From a virus (lineage: Duplodnaviria; Caudoviricetes), in IMG/VR virus record IMGVR_UViG_3300042924_002983, positions 1 through 62,982 of that record: 62,982 nucleotides of DNA; one strand, 5' to 3'. A model generated the notes under the pieces. That model was not told the origin of the DNA, did no database searches, and saw nothing but the letters and a program-made list of their open reading frames with translations. This document shows, piece after piece, positions 37,056 to 47,525 of this stretch. Made by a program: the position numbers and the translations under genes. How positions within the stretch are numbered: position 1 is the stretch's first letter; every line of letters begins with the position of its first letter.

Positions 37056-37970
37056 GTGGTCCGTCAGTATAGCAGAGGGCTTGTGGATTCCAATGGAGGG
37101 GGTAGTCTCACCCCCCTCACCCAGATCCACAAAATTTCCGATAACAACATGACTGTGCGACAGTTCGCGGAGGCTTACGCCCTCCAATCGGGGGCTAGCC
37201 CCGGATACCGTGAGCAACTCATTGTGATGGCAAAGCGGCTCCCTTGGGGGGTGGCCGACTTGACCGTCGCCAACATCGATGCGTACCTGACGAATGCTCT
37301 CGGTCATCTCGCCGCCTCCACGGTTCACAACCATCGCCGGATGCTGTCCACCCTGCGACGAGCCGCCCTGCGCGACGGCCTGTTGGTGGACGATTGTACA
37401 CGCCCGATCCGCCGTGTCAAGCACACCTTGCCGATGGTCCGCGCTTGGACCCATGACGAAATGCGTCACCTGCTTGCGGTGGCCTCTGAGATGCCGGGGG
37501 GTACGCTGTACTGCCCGCACCGAATCCTGCTGCCCGCATGGATTTTGGTGGGCTACAGCAGCGGGCTGCGGCTCGGGGATCTGCTGGCCATTACCTACGA
37601 CTCCCTTCGCGGGGATCGTCTGGCTACGGTTCTGCAGAAAACTCGCCAGCAACATGTCGTCGTCCTTGACGGGAATGCCTTGGAATCCATTCGCTCCCTG
37701 CCCCGTCGCGGCCCGAAGATTTTCGGGGGACTGGTCGGAAGGAGCCGGATCATAGTGGCCATGCGCTCACTGGTCAAGCGCGCGGGCCTGACAGGCTCAG
37801 GCAAATACCTGCGTAGAAGCAGTGCCACTTACGCTCAATTAGCGGGAATGGACGCCACTGGACACTTAGGTCATTTGACCCCGGGCATGAAACGCCACTA
37901 CCTAGATCCCGTGATTCTGTCGGATCTTAAGCGGGCGGTCCCCAGCCTAGAACTGGCTGGGCAACCCTAG
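37056..37970 (+). CDS. Tyrosine recombinase/integrase (start may be 37149)
   Basis: GLRLGDL, QKT, LRRSSAT, LGH, HY. Confidence 0.85.
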   Translation: MVRQYSRGLVDSNGGGSLTPLTQIHKISDNNMTVRQFAEAYALQSGASPGYREQLIVMAKRLPWGVADLTVANIDAYLTNALGHLAASTVHNHRRMLSTLRRAALRDGLLVDDCTRPIRRVKHTLPMVRAWTHDEMRHLLAVASEMPGGTLYCPHRILLPAWILVGYSSGLRLGDLLAITYDSLRGDRLATVLQKTRQQHVVVLDGNALESIRSLPRRGPKIFGGLVGRSRIIVAMRSLVKRAGLTGSGKYLRRSSATYAQLAGMDATGHLGHLTPGMKRHYLDPVILSDLKRAVPSLELAGQP

Positions 37971-40900
37971 CATCTGCATCGGGTCCATGCCTGCCTGCGC
38001 CTTCTTCTTGTCCCGGGCACGCTTGGCGGCTTCGTTCTGGATAATCTTGTAGAGCAGGTACATGTCCCGCTGCTCCCTGGGCATGGATCGCACCACATCC
38101 TCTGGGACAGTTAGGTTTTCGTAGGTGCGGACGCCGGGGGTGGTGGACAGGAGTTTGTTCAGCATGTCCCGGGCGGCAAGCTGCTTGGTCCGCTCGCTGT
38201 CAACGTCCGTGAGCTTGAAGCCAGCGAGCAAGTTGATTGCTGCCTTGGCGTAGCGATCCGTTGGGTCCAGTCGCTCGTCCCGCAGCTGGCGCATGGTGCC
38301 TAGCGCGCGGGATCCGAACGGCACAAGGTTGGTGATCGCATTCTCCAGCGGTCGCCCAATCGGCCCGATGTCCTGCTCAAGCGTGGAGTAGAGGTCCGAC
38401 AACTGACGACCGCTATACAGCTGCCGGTTGGTTGTGGACTCAATGAGGTACTTCGCCAGCGGGTTCAGCTGGCCAGCGAAGTTCATCCCGGTCTTCTGAA
38501 TGGAGTCCATCACGCGAGCGGTGGTTGTAGCCCCAACGCCCGGGGTGAACATGTTAAGCGTTGACTCAAACGGCAGATCGATATTTGTCACGTACCGAGT
38601 CAGGCCGTCCTTCGGCTGCAGCGGGAAGTCGGCTGGCAGGGGGATGGCAGCAGACTGACGAAGGTGTTCTGGGACAAAGTTCTCTTCGCTCGGCTCGGAC
38701 CCTCTTGTCACCGCTCGGATAAGTTTGCCCTGCAAACCACCGGGTTGGTACAGAAAGTTTTCAGCAATGGAGGGAAGGATGCCTTTCTGGAAACTATAGA
38801 AGGGCACCGCGCGCTTCATCACGTTCCGCTCAAAGGATGTGAAAGCGGACGGGCTATAGTCCACCTGACTCATGCGGGTCAGGTCAGCTGCCTGCCCAGG
38901 ATCGACACCCTTGCGGACTTGGTTGAGGAACGTGCCGGTGCGGAGGGCATCTTCGACTGAGTTGCCCACAGCGTCATTGAGAACAAGCAGCGGGTTGGTC
39001 TGCCGGTTCAGCGGGTTGCGAGTCAGGCCCACCCCACGCATGGAGAAGAAGTCGCTTGCCCGATTCAGAAAACCCCGGCGGTTTGCCGGGAGCATTCGGT
39101 CCAGCAACCCATCGCCCGTGTTCGCTCCCGTGTACATCCCCTTAATGGACTGCTCGGGGAGGTTGGATACATCGTCTACAAGGTTGCCGCTGCCGATGCG
39201 GTTCTGCCCTGTCATGTCCAAGAAGGTGTCAATGCGCTCTTGCGGACTCATGCCGACAAAACCGGGAGCGTTTTCCAAGCGGGCGGCGATTGCAGAGTAG
39301 TCGCCGTTGCTTGCTCGCAGACCAGCGAGGAAGTCCATCGGGTTGCCCGCCCCGTGGGTCGCCGCGTTGATCAGTCCGCTGTAGCTATTGCGCACATGGA
39401 ATGCGGGGGATGCAAGGGCACCACCCTTAAACGCAGCCGTGAACTGATCCAGTGCGCCAAGCAGTCCCTTCTCAGGGAGGCTGGCGCGGGACGGGGATGC
39501 GAGCGTCTGAAGCGAATCCATCAGTCGCTCGGGCACGGAGAAGTTGGCAACGTCCCGGCCAGTGCGGGCCTGCCACATCCGCCGGAAGTTGTCGGGGTCA
39601 AAGTTCAACCTGCGGGCGGCTTCCTCCAATGGCACCACTGCACCACCGACTACGTTCCGCGCGGAGACGTTTTGGACACCGTTCAACAACTGATTGATGA
39701 CCTGTTCCGTGTTGGCCCGAACGCGGTTCTGGCCAAGCTCATAGGTCATCGCATTCTGCCACGCGGGTGTGTCGAATGCCCCGGTGTTGTTGGCGGCGAA
39801 CTGCGTGTCCATGCTACGCAGGAACTCAGCAAGGTCGCCTTTGTTCTCCCTCATCGTTCGCACGGCAGGGCGAAGCATTGTCATGCGCTCGGCGGGCGAG
39901 GCGGCTTGGTACTCCGCAGTGGCCATGATCCTGTCGGCCTGCCCGCGATACGGTGTGTCCAAGCCAAGCTGAGTAAACGCATCATCTATCAGATAGCGGG
40001 AGTCGCGTGCGTTTGCATTCAGTAGGTTCTGCTGCAAGCCTGCGGAGTCAAACGTCCCGCCCCCGGGGAGCGGTCCATTGCCCGTGAGCGCGCGGAAAGT
40101 CCTGCGGCCACCTTCGATGTCGGTGTAAGGCTTTCGGCTACGGCCGAAGTTGTCCTCTGTGCCCAAGACAAGCTCGCCCTGCGACCAAGGCTTCTCCACA
40201 TACGGCGAGGCGTTGGGGCGAATCGGCGCAGCGTCCTGCTCCCACCACTTCAGCTGGCGTGGGAACCAGTTGGTGCCGTGATCACGGCTGTGCCAGCTTG
40301 GGCCAGCTAGTCCAAGAGCTTCAGCACGTTGGCGGGCGCGGTCGCCCATGTTGGTGAAGTTGTCTCGGATGTCACGGAACTCAGGTACGTTCTCCAGCAC
40401 CCAGTCTGCTATCGGATCGCCACTGGTCTTCTGCATCGGGCCGAACTGCCCCTGCCCAAGCAGATCACCTGGAGATTCCACAAAGTCAGCCAGCGCGTTC
40501 TGGAGGCGGGTGCTTTGAAAGTTTCGCAAGTCCGCCGGGATCGCCCCCATCGGTGACATGTCCGGCACATTGGCCTGCAACGCACGCCTCTGCATGCGCG
40601 TGCGATCCAGCAGCAGAGCTTCGTCCAGCCGCTGGTTGTCAGCGCGGGCGATACGGCTAGCCCACTGGAGGTCGGGATCCAACACCTCGCCGGACGGCTT
40701 GTGGAACAACGCCGCGGCCCCGCTGACGACAGGTCCGGTGATCGGGTTGCGCTTGGAAGCCTCGCCAAGAGCGTCCAAGCCTTCCGCAAGAGAATCGCCC
40801 AGCTGACCACCGCGGATGTTGAATCCGAGATTGGTGCCGGGGACGCGGAAGTCCATCAGTCCGGCTATCGGCGCATCCAGATCGGCGGGGTCAGCGCCGT

Positions 40901-41540
40901 ACCTCCTTGCCTGCTGCTGGAATCTCTGCAACGCATCCGCGGGATCAGCGGCCTCCGCGATCAACCGGCGTGGCGTCTGGGTGCGGTAATAGGAGCGGAT
41001 GCCTTGGCCAGCCTCACGCGCCTGCCCGCCAAGCCCGCCCAGCACCTCTTGCGCTGCGGCAGTCTGCGCAGCCGTTGGAGCGAATCCACGGTAGGCGTCG
41101 GTGGCCGCATGTCGAAGAAGGCCAGTGTCTCGCACCGCCCTACCCGCGGGTCCAAGAGCGCCCTTGCCAAGGATGGCCAATGGATTGAGGTACGTGAGCG
41201 GGTCGGTGACGATCTCGGTCGCCAAGCCGCCAAAGAAGTTGAGCCAGTTATCTTGCCTACCGGCTAGGCCGTACTTGCGGTTAAGGTCACGGCCGCTGAT
41301 GCGCTCTTCGCTAAAGGGATCACCAGCCAGCAGGCCACGCACCCACGCTCCAGGCGTGTCAAGAACGCCACCAACCATGGCTAGGCCAGATGTTCCAGCC
41401 TCTGCGAGAGAGCGGAGCATGCTGCTCCTCTCCTCCTGCGGCATGAGGTCCGCAAGAGTCGGATCATCGCTGGGGATCCCTTCCTGCCCATTCAGCAGGC
41501 CATAGGGATCGTATAGATCAAAGAGCGGGGAGCGAGCCAT
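37947..41540 (-). CDS. Large internal virion (ejection) protein
   Basis: 1197 aa, last gene of the structural operon; DY...T.FE...KR..PFYSF motif. Confidence 0.75.
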   Translation of the reverse strand: MARSPLFDLYDPYGLLNGQEGIPSDDPTLADLMPQEERSSMLRSLAEAGTSGLAMVGGVLDTPGAWVRGLLAGDPFSEERISGRDLNRKYGLAGRQDNWLNFFGGLATEIVTDPLTYLNPLAILGKGALGPAGRAVRDTGLLRHAATDAYRGFAPTAAQTAAAQEVLGGLGGQAREAGQGIRSYYRTQTPRRLIAEAADPADALQRFQQQARRYGADPADLDAPIAGLMDFRVPGTNLGFNIRGGQLGDSLAEGLDALGEASKRNPITGPVVSGAAALFHKPSGEVLDPDLQWASRIARADNQRLDEALLLDRTRMQRRALQANVPDMSPMGAIPADLRNFQSTRLQNALADFVESPGDLLGQGQFGPMQKTSGDPIADWVLENVPEFRDIRDNFTNMGDRARQRAEALGLAGPSWHSRDHGTNWFPRQLKWWEQDAAPIRPNASPYVEKPWSQGELVLGTEDNFGRSRKPYTDIEGGRRTFRALTGNGPLPGGGTFDSAGLQQNLLNANARDSRYLIDDAFTQLGLDTPYRGQADRIMATAEYQAASPAERMTMLRPAVRTMRENKGDLAEFLRSMDTQFAANNTGAFDTPAWQNAMTYELGQNRVRANTEQVINQLLNGVQNVSARNVVGGAVVPLEEAARRLNFDPDNFRRMWQARTGRDVANFSVPERLMDSLQTLASPSRASLPEKGLLGALDQFTAAFKGGALASPAFHVRNSYSGLINAATHGAGNPMDFLAGLRASNGDYSAIAARLENAPGFVGMSPQERIDTFLDMTGQNRIGSGNLVDDVSNLPEQSIKGMYTGANTGDGLLDRMLPANRRGFLNRASDFFSMRGVGLTRNPLNRQTNPLLVLNDAVGNSVEDALRTGTFLNQVRKGVDPGQAADLTRMSQVDYSPSAFTSFERNVMKRAVPFYSFQKGILPSIAENFLYQPGGLQGKLIRAVTRGSEPSEENFVPEHLRQSAAIPLPADFPLQPKDGLTRYVTNIDLPFESTLNMFTPGVGATTTARVMDSIQKTGMNFAGQLNPLAKYLIESTTNRQLYSGRQLSDLYSTLEQDIGPIGRPLENAITNLVPFGSRALGTMRQLRDERLDPTDRYAKAAINLLAGFKLTDVDSERTKQLAARDMLNKLLSTTPGVRTYENLTVPEDVVRSMPREQRDMYLLYKIIQNEAAKRARDKKKAQAGMDPMQMLGLPSQF

Positions 41541-42832
41541 TACGGTGCGGCGGGAGGTGCGTAGGTGGCGTAACGAGGAGTGCCGTGCAAGTAGTACGAT
41601 GGAACGCTCGCCGTGCCTCTGGCGTTCAATCCGTGATCCTCAACCAGCTTGTGCCTGACAGCAGGATCGGTCACGCCAAGGCGATAGAGGATCGCATCCA
41701 TTCGCTGAGCGTCGGCTTCCCAAAATCCCGTCCAAGATTTGTTGGCCTGCTTGGCAATAGCAGAAAGCGTTTCGACGGCAGCGGGATTTTCGTACTGCTT
41801 GCCAGCAATGTCGCGGACGCCGGGGCCAAAGGCACGCTCGCTAATCGCCAACTGCTGCTCGGTGGCAAGCTGCTTAGCCTTTTCTTCTAATTGCTGTTCA
41901 GTGGCTCCTATCTTTTCTGTCAACACGCCAGCGTTAATTCGCGCGGATTCAACTTGTGCATCTGCGGCTAGCTTCTGGCCAGCAACAGTGGCTTCATTGC
42001 GCGCCTTATTCTCTTGCATCATCGCTGTGATCTTTGCAAGCTCGGTCGCATGGGCCTGGGCAGCAGCGGTGTTTCCGGCCTGCATCTGTGCCATCATCGC
42101 CTCATGCCTCTGATTGGCTTGCGCCATCAAACCCTCATGCCGCATCTTCTCCTCGGCGTTGCGGGCGTTGTACTTCAGTTCTTCAGCAGCGCGGACAGCC
42201 TCACGCTCTTCTCTTCCCTCTTGTCGGGCGGCGGAATTGTTTTCCGCAGCGGCGGCTCTAGCGTCTTGCCCTTCGGCGCGGCGAGTCTCCGCTTCCAGCT
42301 GAGCGATGGCCATGCGTGGATCGCCGTTGTAGTTGCGATTGCCGGTCATCCGTGATTCGATGACACGCTGCTGTTGCTCTGGGCTAAGCATGCCGAATGC
42401 GTTGGACATGTTGGCGCGTGAGTTGGAGCTAGCCAACATCATCTGCGACTTCCACTGCTCCATCCGCGCGTTCTCGTCATCCATGCGCTTCTGGGCCATG
42501 GCGGCGCGTGCCTGCATCGGCATCACGTTGTCTTCGGATCGGGCTTCCCCCACACCAGCCCACTCTGGCTGCTGCATGAGTTCTTCGACAGGCGTGCCAG
42601 TAGCCTTGGCCGCACGGTACAGCATCCGTTCCCGCCGGTAGTCGTCGGTCTTAATCCGAGCGGCTTGCCGCTGAAACATCGCCTCTTTATCCGCCTCCGA
42701 TAGAACCGGATCCTCCTCAATCGGAGTAGCGGCACCCTCCAAGCCATCAGACAGCAACTCTGGCGTAATGGGAATGCCGGAACGCCGAAAAGCTTCTAGG
42801 CGAGTAAGCCCAGAAATGGGGTCGATTGGCAT
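41540..42832 (-). CDS. Helical internal virion protein
   Basis: A/E/Q/M-rich, position in ejection block. Confidence 0.65.
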   Translation of the reverse strand: MPIDPISGLTRLEAFRRSGIPITPELLSDGLEGAATPIEEDPVLSEADKEAMFQRQAARIKTDDYRRERMLYRAAKATGTPVEELMQQPEWAGVGEARSEDNVMPMQARAAMAQKRMDDENARMEQWKSQMMLASSNSRANMSNAFGMLSPEQQQRVIESRMTGNRNYNGDPRMAIAQLEAETRRAEGQDARAAAAENNSAARQEGREEREAVRAAEELKYNARNAEEKMRHEGLMAQANQRHEAMMAQMQAGNTAAAQAHATELAKITAMMQENKARNEATVAGQKLAADAQVESARINAGVLTEKIGATEQQLEEKAKQLATEQQLAISERAFGPGVRDIAGKQYENPAAVETLSAIAKQANKSWTGFWEADAQRMDAILYRLGVTDPAVRHKLVEDHGLNARGTASVPSYYLHGTPRYATYAPPAAP

Positions 42833-42840
42833 CTTATCTC

Positions 42841-44307
42841 CTACCGTGTCTGTGCGTAGTTGCGCTGCTGATCACCCATGGCTTGGAGCCTGCGAACTTC
42901 TGCCATCATCTGCTGGGCCTGCGGAACTTCGCCGCCAGCCTTCTGCCGCATCTGGTTCAGTTGGGCGATAAGAGCCTGGGCCTGGATGTGCGGATCCTTG
43001 GACCCCTGCGCCTGCTGCGGAGTCATGGCGTTACGGCTCTGATTGCTCAACGCCATGAGCCGATTGATCTCCTGCATCATCTGCTGCGCCTCGGGCACTT
43101 CGCCGCCCGCGTCACGCCGCATCTGGTTGAGCTTGGCAATCAACGCCTGCGCTTGGTCGCGCGGGCTGGTGGAGGTTTCAACCGATGGGGCAGGACGACT
43201 CTCAGCCGCCAAGTCTGCGGTGCCATCGGTGCTGTCTAGATCGCCAATGGCTTCTGACTGCTTGGAACGCATGCCCGATGGCATCATGTTGTAAGCGGTA
43301 GCCCCGGCACCGATCAGGCCAGCACCTGCAGCGGCCTTGGCCCAAGCAGGAATGCCACCCTTGCCAGGAGCAGGAGCAAGTGGAGACGCGGCGGTTGGGG
43401 CACGCCCACCCATCACGTTGTCGAACTGGCTGGCAATGTCATCGACTGCCTGCTGGTCACGCATCGCAGTAGGGGCTGGTAGCGCACGCTGCGCTGGGGC
43501 CGGTAAACCCCGGCGGGGCGCCATAGTGAGCCGTCCGGCGGGCTGGCCACGGCCATACTGACGAGCAAGATCGTCTGCCGCCTCGTCCAAGCTGCTCTCG
43601 GACATGCCGAACATGTTCACATCGTCGCCGGGATTACGGTCCACGGGAACGCCAGCAGTGGTGCCGATGCGGGCCTGCTGCGGGGCCGGGAGTCCGCGCA
43701 TGGGTGCGGGAATCATAGCGCCGCCTTGGGCGGGAATTGCCACTCCGGGGCCGCGCAGGCGACTGTTAATCAGCGACTGCCGTGCGGCCACTAGGTCGGG
43801 AGACATTTCCAAGCGGCTCGCCGCATTCGGAGAGGCCAAGCCTGAAGAAGCGGCCTGCGAAGGATAGTCGAAGCCCAGCCAGTCGTTTGACCGCAACGCC
43901 TGCAGATACTGCCTTTGCTCGGGCGAGAACTCCGACATGGCGTCCATCACATCCGCCTCATCGGCGTCGTACGCAACAGGCCAAGAGTCCCGCAGTTCAT
44001 TGTGCGCGGCAACGCGGTCGCCAGACATGCCGGTGCCGCGCGGCTGACCAACGGGAACACCAGGCCCGCGGACCCCATAGGGGATCAACGAACGGACGCT
44101 ATCACCGGCAGTGTCACTCCCCATAGGAAGCTGCAGCTGCCGCATGGGCCTGCCAGTGCCGGTCGCCATTTCAGAGACGGCCTTATACACAGCGTCGGGC
44201 GACATGTCGGGCGTGATTGCGCCAGCGCGGAGAGCCTTGTTGAGCCATACGGAGTTAATCCCCGTGGCCGCTGTGAGGCTATCAATCCACTGAGCGGGAG
44301 TGGCCAT
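42841..44307 (-). CDS. Internal virion protein with C-terminal tandem repeat
   Basis: Two copies of QAQALIA.LNQMR..AGGEVP.AQQMM.E. Confidence 0.65.
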   Translation of the reverse strand: MATPAQWIDSLTAATGINSVWLNKALRAGAITPDMSPDAVYKAVSEMATGTGRPMRQLQLPMGSDTAGDSVRSLIPYGVRGPGVPVGQPRGTGMSGDRVAAHNELRDSWPVAYDADEADVMDAMSEFSPEQRQYLQALRSNDWLGFDYPSQAASSGLASPNAASRLEMSPDLVAARQSLINSRLRGPGVAIPAQGGAMIPAPMRGLPAPQQARIGTTAGVPVDRNPGDDVNMFGMSESSLDEAADDLARQYGRGQPAGRLTMAPRRGLPAPAQRALPAPTAMRDQQAVDDIASQFDNVMGGRAPTAASPLAPAPGKGGIPAWAKAAAGAGLIGAGATAYNMMPSGMRSKQSEAIGDLDSTDGTADLAAESRPAPSVETSTSPRDQAQALIAKLNQMRRDAGGEVPEAQQMMQEINRLMALSNQSRNAMTPQQAQGSKDPHIQAQALIAQLNQMRQKAGGEVPQAQQMMAEVRRLQAMGDQQRNYAQTR

Positions 44308-45219
44308 TACGATTTCTTCCCCTTCTTCGGAATGTCAGGCATCTCTTCGCCGTCTTCTGGGCCGTCGTCGTCTTCGACCATCGGCGTGTTGGGCTTGCCG
44401 TGCATCTCTTCGTCCAGATCGGCAAGGTCGTTCTTCGGGCGTTTGTCGGACTTCTCGTCCTTGCCCAGCTTGGCGATGATCTTCTTTTCCTCTTCGTCGC
44501 TAGCGGACAGCAACTGCTTTACCAGCCGCTTCAGTCCGGCCTGCGTCAGGTCGTCCAAGTCAAAGTCAATGCGTGCCATTAGTTAAGCAAGCCCCCAAGT
44601 ATCGAAGTCGCAAAGTTCATCGCAGAGTTCTGCCGCTGCTGTGCGGCCATCTGGTTGTTGTATTGCTGCTGAAGCAACAGAGACTGAATCGACTGCTGCT
44701 GCTCGGCGTCGGCCTGCTGGTTCTGCATGGCGTAGGCGTTGTTGTAGTCCTGCGCCTTTTGCTTAGCGCCGTACGCCTCGGCAATGCCTTGGGCCATCTT
44801 CTGCGCGCCCTGCATGCCAGCGTTGCTCACCTGCCCAGCGCCGCGCGACATGCCGCCGCGATCCAGCTGCTTCATCGTCAGGCGTGGATCACCAAGCGAA
44901 ATCGCGTTGGCGTAGTCGTTGTTGAAGGCGGCGTTAACCCGCTGTTGTGGTATCAATTCGATAGCCCTCGCAAGAGGTTGCCCGCAGGCCCATAGACGCC
45001 ATCCATTCGCGACTGCATGAGATTGTTGCGCTGGCTCTGCTCAGAAATTTGGTTCTGCAACCCTTGCAGCGCGTACCGTTGGGAGAACTCCTTGGCCTGC
45101 TTGCCAAGCTCCGACTGGCGGCGGGCGGTCTCCAAGTCGTTGTTGGCCTGCGACCCCTGCAGGAGCGAGGCGAAAACGTCTTGGTGGCTGGATGGGTACT
45201 GGCTATAGGGAGAGATCAA
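44307..45219 (-). other. Three small probable virion genes (44307..44579, 44579..44956, 44953..45219)
   Basis: Coupled ORFs, Q-rich or acidic. Confidence 0.7.
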
Positions 45220-45236
45220 GTGGATGCTCTTGAGGG

Positions 45237-46325
45237 TCAGAAGATCTGGCGTTGGTTGCGGAACACGCCCATGTTGCCAATGGTGCGGTTAAACAGATCG
45301 TTCACACCAGCGACGGATGCGGTGTAGGTTTTCTGGCTATCCTTAAACCCGGAGTTCATGTCAGTCTGAACCGTCCCGATCCGATTGGCCGAATCGGAAT
45401 ACCCGCCAGACAAGGCGTCCAAGAGCGAGCCGGTCGGGATCGCTTGTCCTTCTCGGGGTCGGGACTCTGGGAACTCACGCGCGAAGTTGTAGAACTGATC
45501 CATGCCGCGGGATGACGCGCCAAGATTCAGCTTGTTGAAGTCCATCAGAGCGCCGTAGGCATCTCCCACCATCGTACGTGGCATGTTGCGGGCAATGGCT
45601 TGGTCGGCATTGAGCGAACCCATACCGGAGTAGTAGTTGTTGTTGAGTGAAGACAACTCCCGGCCGTTGTTGATGTCACCACGCAGGTTTTCCAGCATGC
45701 TGAAACCCTCGCCGCCGTATTGGCTAATTGCTGGGGTGGGCGAGCCGCCGGTCTGGCCTCCCGCCAGCCCAGGCAGGGCAGCAGAGACATCGCGGCCGAC
45801 CTGCATCGCTGCGCCAGACTTGCCAAGTCCCGCCAAAGCGTTGTAACGGCCAACGCCAAGCTGGCTGACCGCGCTCTGGTTGCCGACATTCATATCGGCT
45901 AGCGCCTTCTGATAGCCGTTCTGGTTCTGCGCCCACGCCTGCAATCCCTGCCCAGCCACGTTGCCGTAGCTCGCCATGGCAGCTGTGCCAAGATTCGACA
46001 CCGCAGCCTGACGCGCAGCCTCGGCCGCGGATGCAGCTTGGTTGGTGGCCTGAGCGTTGTTCCACGTATTGCCCAGAGCGTTTGCGATGCCGCCAATACC
46101 ACCGGCCATGGCGGCGTAGTTCTGGGCGTAGCTGTTCCCAAGGCTGGCAAGCCCTTGGTTGTAGGTGCCGTACCCCTTGTTGTAGGAGTCGTACATCCCG
46201 CCAAGGGTCTGACCAAACTGGCCAGGAGCTTGGGCCAGCGCCCCGCCGACAGCGGTAGCGTATTCCTTCGCGGTTTGTCGGCCGAAGGGGGCTAGGAATG
46301 TGCCGGTGAAGCCGTTCATGGACAT
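45237..46325 (-). CDS. G/A/N/Q-rich ejection (pilot-like) protein
   Basis: Composition and position. Confidence 0.6.
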   Translation of the reverse strand: MSMNGFTGTFLAPFGRQTAKEYATAVGGALAQAPGQFGQTLGGMYDSYNKGYGTYNQGLASLGNSYAQNYAAMAGGIGGIANALGNTWNNAQATNQAASAAEAARQAAVSNLGTAAMASYGNVAGQGLQAWAQNQNGYQKALADMNVGNQSAVSQLGVGRYNALAGLGKSGAAMQVGRDVSAALPGLAGGQTGGSPTPAISQYGGEGFSMLENLRGDINNGRELSSLNNNYYSGMGSLNADQAIARNMPRTMVGDAYGALMDFNKLNLGASSRGMDQFYNFAREFPESRPREGQAIPTGSLLDALSGGYSDSANRIGTVQTDMNSGFKDSQKTYTASVAGVNDLFNRTIGNMGVFRNQRQIF

Positions 46326-46334
46326 AAGATTCTC

Positions 46335-46350
46335 CTACTTGTTATTGCCC
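46335..46350 (-). promoter_or_regulatory. Late-promoter motif upstream of the ejection block
   Basis: GGGCAATAAC-AAG-TAG. Confidence 0.5.
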
Positions 46351-47525
46351 CTGAGAGTCTGTTTCAGTGCCGACAGGGAAATCGCAGCCAGAATCAAGGC
46401 GTATCCAGCGGGTGGGAAAAACCACAAACCCCGCTTTTCAGCCTCTTCTTTGAGCCAGCCACAGATTTCTGGGAGGCGTGTCAAACACACCCGCCCGCCC
46501 CAGTCGTCCATCTGTGCAGCCCGCGCGTTACAACTGCACGTAGGGGAGGCAACAATCCCAGCTAGGCGCAGCAGAGCTTTTAGCTCCGTGCCGGGGCCGG
46601 TGCTGGCTGGCGGTTCCTCACCGGACGCATAGACGATTGGCTCACCGATGGCAGCTGGCGTGAAGCCTGGGCAAGGGTCAGTCGTAAAAGAAATCTGCAC
46701 GGCATAGCTGCCAACTTGGTTGTTGGTGCAACTCCCGCTAGTCAGGTTGGGTCGCAGTGCAAGATCTCCGGCCCCTGGTGTGCCTGTGTAGTTGGAGCCA
46801 ATGTCGAAAACAACGTCTCCAACCCTGCCGATGAGGCGTGCCCTGTTGACCGCTATCACATTGCAAGCATCTGCAGAGGTGCCGGGAACCCCATCCGGGC
46901 TTTGCGCCGCTGTGTTTTGAGTAGCGGTAATTGTCACTGTCACCCCGTCAGGAATGGTAATGACTACTTGATTCCAGCCTGCCGGGTCTCCGATAACGAC
47001 AGAGCGGCTGTACGTGGTGGTTGTGGTGGCTAAACAACCAGACGGCCCACAGCACTTCTCTCCTACCGCACAGCAGTCGTACGCCGCCCCAGTACCGGCG
47101 CAAAAGGTGCCGGTCGTACACTTGTCCACGCAGTTCCCGCTAGCGTTATCGCATCGCTGCGACAGCGGGCAGCACGTACCGGCACAACAGGAACGAGGCG
47201 CAACGCATGTGAGAACGCAGGAGCCTGAGACGCAAGCGTTGCAGTAGTACGCTTGGCACCCTCCGTGCGGCACTCCTGCTGCGGTCAGAGTGGTGCAGTT
47301 ACAGGTAGTCTGTGGCGCGTTCAGCACTTTGCCGACAGAGGAGCAGACGCAGGCATTTGAGAGAGTGCATGGTGTGTTGTACGGCGGTGCGGATGTGCAT
47401 GCGTATTGAGTGCAATCGCCACCAGTGGTGAATGTTCCGAACCGATACACACATTCAGATTGTGAAGTGTCCCTACACACGGACCCATTGCAGCACCGGC
47501 CCGTCTCGCAACAGGTACAGGTCAT
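46335..47525 (-). CDS. Very Cys-rich structural protein
   Basis: Numerous C and CC residues in the N-terminal half; C-terminal GPGTELK...CSC.....MD.WG module. Confidence 0.75.
   Translation of the reverse strand: MTCTCCETGRCCNGSVCRDTSQSECVYRFGTFTTGGDCTQYACTSAPPYNTPCTLSNACVCSSVGKVLNAPQTTCNCTTLTAAGVPHGGCQAYYCNACVSGSCVLTCVAPRSCCAGTCCPLSQRCDNASGNCVDKCTTGTFCAGTGAAYDCCAVGEKCCGPSGCLATTTTTYSRSVVIGDPAGWNQVVITIPDGVTVTITATQNTAAQSPDGVPGTSADACNVIAVNRARLIGRVGDVVFDIGSNYTGTPGAGDLALRPNLTSGSCTNNQVGSYAVQISFTTDPCPGFTPAAIGEPIVYASGEEPPASTGPGTELKALLRLAGIVASPTCSCNARAAQMDDWGGRVCLTRLPEICGWLKEEAEKRGLWFFPPAGYALILAAISLSALKQTLRGNNK

Noticed and set aside
36822-37655. 277-aa minus-strand ORF and similar long shadow ORFs (e.g. 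7393..8217, 26826..27533, 35905..36825, 39240..40025)
   Set aside because: Antisense to well-supported genes in GC-rich DNA; no motifs
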